DNA from: Podarcis liolepis
Taxonomy: Eukaryota
NCBI GenBank assembly: GCA_965112155.1
Contig: OZ218103.1
Direction: 5' to 3' (one strand)
DNA: 64,000 nt
Numbering within the stretch: position 1 is the first letter of the stretch; the number at the start of each line of letters is the position of its first letter. Of the stretch, positions 49,836 to 59,652 are shown piece by piece. A model generated the notes under the pieces. That model was given only the letters and a program-made list of their open reading frames with translations, was not told where the DNA came from and searched no databases. Made by a program: the position numbers and the translations under genes.

Positions 49836-49969
49836 CATGTGTAGTCACTGTGGTACTTTCCAGATGTTGCTGGACTACAACTCCCATCATTCCTAATAAT
49901 TGGAGATGCTGGGGCTGATGGGAATTCTAGTCCAACAACACATGGAGGGTATCACATTGGCTATCCCTG
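49836..49969. mobile_element. ~130-bp hAT-like MITE
   Basis: ccagatgttgctggactacaactcccatca / tgatgggaattctagtccaacaacacatgg arms. Confidence 0.7.
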
Positions 49970-50033
49970 TTCACTGCTACCAGAAATAGTTACTGCTTCC
50001 TCTTCCAGCATCTTCAGGAGAATACATGCTATT

Positions 50034-50165
50034 GGGTTGGATCCAGCCCAGGTTTGACCAGCTTAGGTCTTATTGAAATTAATTGGACATCCATTAGTTG
50101 TAACTAATATTTCATATTACTTTCAATCGAACCTAAGTGCTACCAACTTGTTCTGGATCCAATCC
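50034..50165. mobile_element. Palindromic MITE
   Basis: TIR ggttggatccag / ctggatccaatcc with internal cttaggt..attgaaa / tttcaat..acctaag arms. Confidence 0.65.
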
Positions 50166-52228
50166 ACAGATTTCACTGTGGGCCATATAAATAAAATTAA
50201 CATATTGTTTGAATTAACATAATCAAATTACACTTTTAAATTCTCCTCTTAAAAAGTACAATTAGCTACAGAAGGGTTCATCTCAACACAGTTCAGTAGA
50301 AAAAAATGTTTTCCCTGCAGTCATTAATGAACTCCAAGGTCATTAAAAAAAACCTCAACCATGTTATTTAATTACCAATTTGCAAACATGCCCATAAAGA
50401 GCTGCTGCAACCTAACTAGCATGGTTTCATTTTAGCTGCAAGTACGTCGGTTACCAGGACACATCTTGACATTAAAGAGGGTGATTTTCAACGCTGACGT
50501 GTTGTCTTCTTAAGCTTGATCATTTATAAATTAGAAAAACAGTGCTCCACACAATACATTAAAGAACTCTGCTTTGTCTTCTACTTAAGAAATGCAGCTA
50601 ACTAGAAATCACAATCACCGAGTCTCTCTGGTAAATTAGGATGATTTGACAAGAGTGATTTCTTAGATAAAAAGCTGGTGTTTTGAGTACAATCCCTGGC
50701 AGAGACAGGAACTCTTATCCCTATTCCCATGATAAGGCTGTCTTTTTATGCTTTCCTAACATGCCTCAATAGCTCCACAACATAATCTTCAACAAATTTC
50801 TTTATATCCAAGCTTGGGCACTCTAAAGGATCGTGGAATTTATAATGAAACAGTATTTCAATTATAATGAAATAGTATTCAATTAATCATTCTTGTGCCA
50901 ATTAATTTAGCTTCTGCAGTGATGATTTTCAAGAAGCTTGCTAGCCCTGCTTCTAACTTCCCAACCACAGTCATTCTTGGCCAGGGTCACAGAAAGTGAA
51001 ATGTAACATCAGAAGGTGGCAGGGAATGAGTGCAATGGAATTCAGGGCAAGGTAGGGCTTCTCCTCTTTGAGAGATCTAACATCCGCAAAGGAGGAAGGA
51101 GAGGAAGTTACATCCAAGCAGGGTAAGATTTTCCACATTAATACACAGGTTATGCTAACATTTTCCATGTTTGCCTGTTCAAACCAGCTTGTGCTACTTT
51201 TAGCACAGCAGGGTCAGCCATGCTTATGGAAATCAAACTGCAGTCTCAGCTTTTCTGTACCTCATCACCAAAGATAATCACTGCTATCTACAACTTATTT
51301 TCTGCTCTGGCTGGCTGATGGCAATGATGTATGAAGCAAGAGTGATATAGCTCCATCTGCATAAGACAAGTTGATCCTGCAGAGATATAAAGAGCCCCAA
51401 CCCCCCCCCCCATTCCCCAAAAAGGGAAATAAAAAGGAAGGATGACTTTTAGCAGGGAGCTGAGGAAGTGGGAGATGTAAATCATGGAGGGAATGCATAA
51501 TCAAGGACAGCACAGTCTTTTTTGAATAGTGACTGGCATTTTCTCACAGGGGCTAAAATTGCTTTTGACAGTTTAGACCAGGATTCAGAAGAGGTTGACG
51601 ACAGAACAAATTTAACACTTGCCACTGGATATAGAAGCTAATAGAAACTTCTGGCAAACCTTTGGAATATTATAGAATAGTATGAATAAACAGAAAAGGT
51701 GCACATTAATGAGGTTATACAATATACAGCCCTAAAAGAGGGGGGAGAAGACAGGTATATAGACATAGTCTTTGTTTCTACGGTTATTTTACTTGAAGAA
51801 GTTCTTGGAAGGAAAGCTTGCTATTGCCTCCTCCATCCTGCAGCCACCTGCACCCCTCATAAAACCTCAAGAGTATAGAAGGGCCCCCAGAACAACATGT
51901 GATGGGGAACAAAAGACTGATGGCGAAATGGGGGGGTTCAACCCCAGATTAGGCAGAAAGCTACCCAATTTAGCCTGGTTCTCTTCTGACCCAACAGCTC
52001 CCTCATGTCCCATCCCACATTCCCAGATACTCTGGCAAATGTGACACAAATGCTGCAGGGAGAATGAGGGGATGAGAAACATTCCGCCCATGAATTTTCT
52101 GATACTAAATTACTTCAGGATCCAAGCCATATCCTAACAGAAACTTCTGAGAAACCTTGAAAAGATGATATAACAGTGTGGTTGAGCAAAGAAGGTATTT
52201 TTTTGAGCTGCTGTTATTCCAAGTCTTT

Positions 52229-52237
52229 GCTTACCTT
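52229..52237 (-). promoter_or_regulatory. Alternative U2-type 5' splice site 58 nt inside the U12 intron
   Basis: AAG|GTAAGC, a near-consensus U2 donor (GT at 52234-52233). Usage is not demonstrated. Confidence 0.5.
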
Positions 52238-52282
52238 AGATTCCCAGGTCGTGGTAGAGCGAAAACAAAAACTAAAGCATCA

Positions 52283-52292
52283 CAAAGGATAC
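52283..52292 (-). promoter_or_regulatory. U12-type 5' splice site (U11/U6atac recognition)
   Basis: GTATCCTTTG, an exact match to the RTATCCTTT consensus at the exon boundary. Confidence 0.95.
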
Positions 52293-52455
52293 ACGTTTCT
52301 TCTGTGTACGGGACTGTAGAAGTAGTCCCTCCAACTATGTAACTGTAGAAGGAAACTTCCAGGGTGTAGCAGTAAGAGGTGTCATCAAGTAGCCCGCCAA
52401 GGAACCGACGGCCTGTCCCTGCCTTAACAGCATCTCGGTTGAAGGAGGTGCTTGA
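52293..52455 (-). CDS. AGBL4: AGBL4/CCP6 internal coding exon (163 nt), M14 carboxypeptidase domain with catalytic Glu
   Basis: Minus-strand translation SSTSFNRDAVKAGTGRRFLGGLLDDTSYCYTLEVSFYSYIVGGTTSTVPYTEET+T closely matches vertebrate AGBL4 as recalled. U2-type acceptor cttctctttcttacag, phase 0 start, phase 1 end, followed by GTATCCTTTG. Glu codon of YTLEVSF at 52359-52357. Confidence 0.97.
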
Positions 52456-52788
52456 CTGTAAGAAAGAGAAGGTGAGAAATCAACTGGAGCAGGGCTGAGG
52501 CCATACTACTGAAACACAACTGGAAAGGTATTTCCCAGAAAAAGTCCATGCACATGCAAACCACATATTTGAGTCCAAACTCCTGCATCTAAAGAGAACA
52601 CCAGTGCCAGTTGTTCTCGTGTATATGCACGTTACCTCAGTAGAATGAAGAAGCTGCTGTTTGTAAGTTTCCCATAATATGGCAGCTATCAACTAGAGGG
52701 CGGAAGCTTTGCCTTGAGAATTCAGCACTTGAGGAAAGGGTTAAGTTCCTCTACCCCAGCACTTCAGTCTCAATCCAAACCGAATGAT

Positions 52789-52924
52789 GCAGTCTGCCTC
52801 TGGATACCAGTTGCTGGGGAGAAAATTACTGTGGGCTCCTGCCTTGCTTGGTTGGCTACTGTGAAAACAGGATACAGATCTAAATGGGCCTTTGGTTTGA
52901 TCCAGAAGGGCTCTGCTTACATCT
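52789..52924 (+). mobile_element. CR1 3' UTR fragment
   Basis: tggttggctactgtgaaaacaggat...atgggcctttggtttgatccag, related to 17007-17286 in the opposite orientation. Confidence 0.6.
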
Positions 52925-53156
52925 AAATCTCTCCCCTGCCCCAAACATCTGCTCTTCCCTAAATTTTAAAGAAACAGGAGATGTAATCAGAGATCTCTGT
53001 CATCTTATCTAGTTAGGTCTGGTTCTAAAGAGAGAATTCACTAAAACACAGTCTATTCAAAACACAATTTTATTCACACGTTCACATATATAGGCGTTCC
53101 CATAGTTCTTGGAATGTTCAGATCCCCTCACCCCAATGTACGTATATGTAGACAGG

Positions 53157-53220
53157 AAGTCCAAGCACACCTCACTGGGATACTGCAAGTCCAAGCACAC
53201 CTCACTGGGATACTGCAAGT
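53157..53220. repeat. Perfect 30-bp tandem duplication
   Basis: aagtccaagcacacctcactgggatactgc x2 + aagt. Confidence 0.97.
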
Positions 53221-54454
53221 TCACATCTCACTTCTGCTTTAATGCTCAGCATCACCATATAAATTTTAAATAAATTTTATTTTCTCTATGCAGAGAAGAA
53301 CTCTGGGGGGCTGTAGGATGTTCCTACGCATCTGGCTCTCTGGATGGGCTCCACTACCCTGAGAGATTGCAAAGATAATTTCTTTATCCCTGTCCCAGTG
53401 CTGCCAGAATCTTCTTTCCCACCCCACTCCTCTCTTATTTTCATGCAGTGCTCTGTGTTCTGCAGGGTGGGACAACATCTTATTTTACAGCTAGAACTAT
53501 TTCCACTGAGTAGCCATTTTAATTTACTGCAGCAGCAAAGTCTCTTTGTCGGTCAACAAATGTGTGCAACATCTAACCCTTCTTTTCTGCGCTCAACCTT
53601 GGGCAATTCAGTGTTCTGTCACAAAATCCAGAATGAATTTGTATCCTACCGTGAAAGTGTAACAGCCACTAGGTGGAGCAAACTCTTTGCCTAGACTGCA
53701 GGTGAGCTACTGACAAAGCAATAAAAGACCCCATGCCCACCACAAGCCCCTGAAGCCAGCTGTCTTGTCAGCCTAGAACATATGCTCGTTCACTCCATGC
53801 AATACCAGGACTGCCAGGAACCAGTACCTGAGAAAATGGGAGTATAAAAATGATTTTTAAACACACACACACACACACCCCGCTGCTTGATTTCCTTAGC
53901 TCCTTGTAACTAGGACTTGAGAGCTAACAGATATGTAGGAATTCATGGCAACTCTTGATAAATGAGGTGTACAGGGAGACTGCAGTTCAAAAAATACCTG
54001 CTGCTCTATCAGCATTTGATATGTTTTAAAGCTTCTCATGTTATAAAAAGGCAAGTCTTGCGGCTAATTAGAAGTAGATGGAACCCAGTTTCCTATTAGC
54101 ATTAAATGTAGGAAGCTTTAGCTGTTTCACTAATGTTTTATGATAGTAACATTCCCACTGTTGACTGTTTTGTGCCAAGCAGTACTCCAATGCATCCTCT
54201 CTAATGAGATCCAAAGTACTGATTTTCAGTCTCTGTAGCAGCAGAGTGGACCATCTTATTATGAAAGAAGGGTTGACAAGTGGAACCTTAAAGAAGAGAA
54301 AAGTAGGGCAGGGCTGTAGAAATGGTGAAGGAGCAGAAATAGGAACTATTGGAGAAGAAGGCTTCATTTTAGAAAGGCTTTCACTAGCAACTTATGAGGT
54401 ACACTTAACTGTAGCAGCTAGGCATTCAGATCACATTATACTTATCTGGTGACA

Positions 54455-54600
54455 ATCTGTTTCCAGGCCCAATTTAATGGACTGATTATTAACCTTTAAA
54501 GCAGAAAATGGTTTTGGATCAGACTCTCAGAGCAACTACCTGCACCCATATGAACCTGAAGTTGGAGGTCCTGCAGTGTCAACTGGTTAGAACTGGCAAT
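54455..54600 (+). mobile_element. L2 ORF2 fragment
   Basis: FQAQFNGLIxxTFKAENGFG...YLHPYEP resembles the L2 motif FRxQFKVLVLTFKALNGLGPxYL. Confidence 0.55.
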
Positions 54601-55008
54601 GGGCCACATATCACATTCACTGCAGCAATGGCAACTGCAGGTTTGCTCCGCTGGCCATGTATGGCTGGAATCAGTAGAGTCGCCACATCTTCTGCCTTCT
54701 GTGGCTGCTAATGGTGAAACTCACCATTTGGAAATCCAAGCCTTAGAGATTTCCAAGTCCAGAGACGATGCATCATATGCATTTATGCTCTTAAAATGTT
54801 CATAAGGAAGGAATGCAGATAGAAGAATGTCTACATACAGATATAACTGTGAAATTATCACAAATTTGGCATGGAGTGGTGCTTCCTTAAAGTAGAGATA
54901 CAAATCCATAGTCTCCTGAGAATACTTATCTATAAAAGGCAAGTTCTTAGTCCTTAAGATTGCAGGTGAAATCTCAAAAATAATGTGGCAAATGCTTTCA
55001 CCCTAAGC

Positions 55009-55141
55009 CAGGGATAGGAAAAACTGTGGTCTTCCAAAATGATGTTGGATTCCAACTCCCATTAGTTTTAGCCAGCATTGTCAATTGTCAGGGATGATGG
55101 ATGTTGTAGTTCCATTGTAATCTGGATGTTCCTCACCACTG
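55009..55141. mobile_element. ~130-bp hAT MITE with 8-bp TSD
   Basis: cag...ctg termini; flanks ccctaagc (55001-55008) and ccctaagt (55142-55149). Confidence 0.75.
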
Positions 55142-55258
55142 CCCTAAGTAATACTTCAGTAATGAAATGGCTGCAGTGTCATATGAGAAGCTCCACATTT
55201 TATCTTCAACAGAAAACTCTCTCCTATCATCCTAGTTTGATACGACTACCACCAGCAG

Positions 55259-55260
<2 letters not shown>

Positions 55261-55289
<29 letters not shown>
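55261..55289. repeat. (CA)n microsatellite
   Basis: Directly visible. Confidence 0.97.
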
Positions 55290-55290
<1 letters not shown>

Positions 55291-55301
55291 CCACATCCTG
55301 G

Positions 55302-55767
55302 TGTCAGGAGGACACAGGAGCTCCAGCTGCCTCCCACAACATTCCTATCCTGGCTCACTCAAATGAAAACACAGGTGAGCCAGGGGAGAGACAGCTGGAG
55401 GTCAGCAGCTGCAGAACATTAATCAGATACCCAGGGTAGCTGCATAAAAGGCAAGGTTTGGGAGTGTTTGGATAGAGGTCCCAGGAAATTTATTAATGGT
55501 GGAGAACAGACACTGGAAGAGGGAAAAGGGCAAGACCAAGGAAGATAGAAATAAATTGAAGTGGCTTCAGTTAGAGTGAGAAAGGAGGGAAATTAAGTCA
55601 GGGGTGGGGAGTAACTCCAGTACAGAACAAGTAAGTGAAAATTGCAGAATAGCAAAGGCAGGTAAAGGGAACTGCTACACTATAGGCAATCAGACATGGG
55701 TATAGGAAACAAAGTTCTACATGTTGGAAATAAAAAATAGTTCAAGCTGTAGTCAGACTGCTTGACA
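55302..55767 (+). mobile_element. Possible solo LTR (Gypsy/ERV-like)
   Basis: TGTCA...TGACA termini, TATA-like cataaaa at 55443, AATAAA at 55729. No TSD recognisable. Confidence 0.4.
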
Positions 55768-58233
55768 GAACACAGCTTAGTTTAAAACCTGAGTTGCAGG
55801 ACCTTGGAGAGCTCCAAGCAAGACAATTGCACACTTGCTCCAACAAGGCCTAAAAATCCAAATGAGACCTATCTTACTTCTCAGTTCAGACTACTCCTCT
55901 CAGGCTCAGGCTCTGTCTTGGAAATGGATGAGCTGAAAGTGACCAAGACTGCAGGCTGCATGCAACCCTCCAGGTCTCTCTATTTGGCCTTCAGGACTCT
56001 CACCAGGCCACACACCCTACTGGATCTATTCTGTGCCCTCCTTAAGTGTCTTTGCTGTGGTGGAATGTATCACTGAAGTGCTTGCCTGGATGGAGAGGTG
56101 GATGTGGAGGCTGCTGTATGGCTGGAGTGTAGCCTGCTCTTTTAAGAGCAACATATTACCCATGTTACCCAGCCTGGGAAGGTTGCCCATGATGGAAAGT
56201 GGTCCTTGGGCTGAAAAGGGGTTTGACTCCTGCTTTGAGGGATTTTGCCAGTTGTATGTAACAGACACAGGCCAAACTATTCTCATGTTATGAAGGATTA
56301 TGCACAAACAAAAACATCTCAAAGATATAGCAAGAAAACCTAAGGGTAGAAGCCAATATACACCATTTCCATCTATAGTTCACTACATTTTTATGTTCCC
56401 TAAGCAGAACAGAAAATAGAGGATTAGGAAAAATTAAACCTGTTATACATCCTATCAGCCTTACCAATGCAGGCAAGCAACAGTTAAACCTATGAATTTC
56501 CATTACTCCTTTCTTTTGTATTGAGTCTTTTAAGTAGATGGCTCTGAATCATATGTGCAGGAACATGTAGGAGAGCTAATTTTAAGAGGATTTCCATTTC
56601 AGGCTCGAGGTACAAACAAACACCAATAAAAGCCACAGGCACACAGATCTAATTGCCCAATGGATCATAGGCAAAACTCACCACATGCAATCTCACTTAA
56701 TCTTCTGATGAAAGAAGAAGTCTTATTCGCATTCCATACAGTGTAACTGGAGAATGGAGACCCATATGAGATGAAAAACTCACGTAGGTCAAGCTACTGT
56801 TTTGCCACATTTCCAACAGCCGTGATAAGTGGCAGAAGCCTTCTGAAGGAGGCACAGTAGAGCTCAGAACACCCTGAAATGGCCACACCATAAGATATCT
56901 AGTTTCCTGCATCAGATTTGATTAAGAGTAAAATCTAACAACCAGACCTACATCGATGACCTTGGACTTTGAGGCATGGAAGTAGAGACAGGTCAGGAAG
57001 GCCTCAGACCCCATTGCAATACCCTTTTCATCTCTTCCAATGCCTCCTACCCAGACATACACAAAAAGAGATTATAGGTGGGTGCTACATCACCACACAA
57101 TTAATGCTGTTTTTGCACTGGGTGAAGCAAGATATTCTGCAGCAGTCATTCATCAGGAAATGGAACTGGTTTCCAGGTTGGAAGGTGATAAACTTGGTGG
57201 TCATTTCCAGTATTATTTAACCATAGTTTTCTATAGGTCCCTGTTACCTTGGGGGGTGAGAAGCAAGAAGTTGAGTATCAGGATCAATAGGATACATATA
57301 TTTGCACTGAGATAACACTTTCCATGTTAGGTGCCTTTCAAGAGGTGCTTTGTTTTTGTTTACTGAGCTAGAGAAGAACTAAAATACTACAACAACAAGC
57401 CCAAACTCTTCTGTATAGTCCACCCTTGCAGGTTCTGGGGGCAAAAGTACTTTCATCATTCCTCTCATATCAGTAGAACTGCCAAGTTCTCCAGAAACCT
57501 CCTCCTATATAAATATAACAAAAACTAGGCCCTTGCTGGTGGTTTTTATGAGTGTAACTTTTACTGGTATGTTTGCTTAGAAAATTGGTTTCATCCCTAA
57601 GCACATGGGATTTCTTCCCCCTGGGCCTTTAAAACAATGTATGTGGACAAGAAGTGGCAAGAAGAAAACAAGAAAGAGTTGTGTGGATATTTCTTCCTTT
57701 CTGTTATTTTTGGGGGCTATAAATTAATTTGAAGATGGCCCTGTGGCTAACACGAGCAGATTGGTTTAACATCATGTGACAGATTGGTTTCATTTAGCCA
57801 GGAATATCCAGAGGGTCCTCGTTCCTGAGCAACCAGCATTTGCAGTCTTAAAACACATACAGTTCCCATCCTATTTTTTTGTTTGCCTCCAAAATGAACA
57901 CCAAAATTCCTATGGCATGTCCAATGTACAGAAATGTATTCCAAAGGAACAAAAATAAAATAATAGTTCCATTTGTCTTCTTAGAAAAAAGGGGGAATAG
58001 GAGAGCTTCTATAGCAGAGCTACTGCAATAAATTTATCTGTTATTTTACATGCAAGCAGAATCCAGTTTTGTGATGATGAGGAAAACGTAGCTGGTTTTA
58101 ATCCCAGCTATCTCAATTTTAAGTGTCGCTATCAAATTTGCTATGGCAGTGTCAGGGTCAGAGCCAGTACATTGAGAGGAGCCAATGAACTCCAGGAAAA
58201 CCAGTATTCAAGACTAAAGGATTATTTGAGGCC

Positions 58234-58491
58234 AAAGAAGAAGAAGAAGAAGAAGAGTTTGGATTTGATATCCCGCCTTTCACTCCCCTTCAGGAGTCTC
58301 AAAGCGGCTAACATTCTCCTTTCCCTTCCTCCCCCACAACAAACACTCTGTGAGGTGAGTGGGGCTGAGAGACTTCACAGAAGTGTGACTGGCCCAAGGT
58401 CACCCAGCAGCTGCATGTGGAGGAGCGGAGACGCGAACCCGGCTTCCCAGATTACGTGACTACCGCTCTTAACCACTACACCACACTGGCT
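58234..58491 (-). mobile_element. tRNA-derived CORE-type SINE (Squam3-like), full length
   Basis: Minus strand has A box tggtgtagtgg, B box gggttcgcgtc, core gctgggtgaccttgggccagtcac and a (TTC)n tail; CpGs are retained, suggesting a young copy. Confidence 0.88.
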
Positions 58492-59213
58492 GAAACATAA
58501 AGAATTTTATACTCCTTCTTCCACATGAAGACCCAGTGGTCAGTTTGAGAATCTAAACCTGTGAATACGGATGAATGGATTCCAAGAGCCTAAGTCCCAT
58601 TATTTCAAAGGAGGGATATTTAATTATGTACTTAACTTTCTCTCCCATTGAAATCAATTACAGAGATTGCTTTGGGCTAATTCCATGGCTAATTTGAAGA
58701 CATGGCAATTCTCTGAAATTTAGGTAGGAGTATGGGAAGTTGTCATATACTGAGGCAGACTTAACTGACTTATCCATCTAACGCAGCACTGTTTATTATA
58801 CAGTACTGGTGGGCAGTGGCTCTCTCAAATTTCAGATATGGACCTTTCCCAGCCCTGCTTACATATGCTAGGGATTTCTGATAAGAAATTATGTAAATAC
58901 CTAGATTAGAAAGTGGTGGTATTTCAAACCGAGTGACATTTTCTCAGAAAGAATAAGTGTCCATAATTGTTAGGGATTCAGAGGATTAATGTAAGTAGCC
59001 AGAAATAGTTTCCCAACAGATCATCTATGTCAAAGTCTTTCAAGCCTTTGCAAAGTTTTATTCTGCATGGTTTCCATGCAGAATTTCAAGGAATGCAGCA
59101 CAATACGCAAAGAGAAGACATTTAGGAGAGTGACTATCCAAGATCCATGACTGGGCAGTAGCAGTTCTAGGCAGCACGATTCTGAGAAAGTACCAGTCAG
59201 CTAACCTGGACAA

Positions 59214-59652
59214 CCAGTAGTGATGTATGGAAGTATGGAAGTGAGAGCTGGACCATAAAGAAGGCTGATCGCCGAAAAATTGATGCTTTTGAATTATGGT
59301 GCTGGAGGAGACTCTTGAGAGTCCCATGGACTGCAAGAAGATCAAACCTATCCATTCTTAAGGATATCAGCCCTGAGTGCTCACTGGAAGGACAGATCGT
59401 GAAGCTGAGGCTCCAATACTTTGGTCACCTCATGAGAAGAGAAGACTCCCTAGAAAAGACCCTGATGTTGGGAAAGATTGAGGGCACAAGGAGAAGGGGA
59501 CGACAGAGGACGAGATGGTTGGACAGTGTTCTCGAAGCTACAAACATGAGTTTGACCAAGCTGTGGGAGGCAGTGGAAGACAGGAGTGCCTGGTGTGCTC
59601 TGGTCCATGGGGTCATGAAGAGTCGGATACGACTAAATGACTAAACAACAAC
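59214..59652 (+). mobile_element. BovB (RTE clade) LINE 3' fragment
   Basis: RVPWTARRSNLSILKDISPECSLEGQIVKLRLQYFGHLMRREDSLEKTLMLGK...RLND*, (CAA)n tail, 11-bp TSD aacctggacaa (59203-59213 and 59653-59663). Confidence 0.95.

Larger units (their letters stand above)
1688..52292 (-). other. AGBL4: U12-type (minor spliceosome) GT-AG intron of AGBL4, 50,605 nt
   Basis: 5' splice site T|GTATCCTTTG; 3' end ttcTCCTTAATtagacactcAG with no polypyrimidine tract. The flanking exons join in frame. Confidence 0.93.

Noticed and set aside
56788-56874. Minus-strand segment ending QNSSLTY|gtgagt, considered as the preceding AGBL4 exon
   Set aside because: Lacks the expected DIHAHS...GFMYGN...FPKLLCQN motifs and has a weak acceptor. 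I could not find the preceding exon in 52456-64000, so it probably lies beyond the window.
58400-58491. tRNA-like A and B boxes
   Set aside because: SINE head rather than a tRNA gene; no complete cloverleaf.
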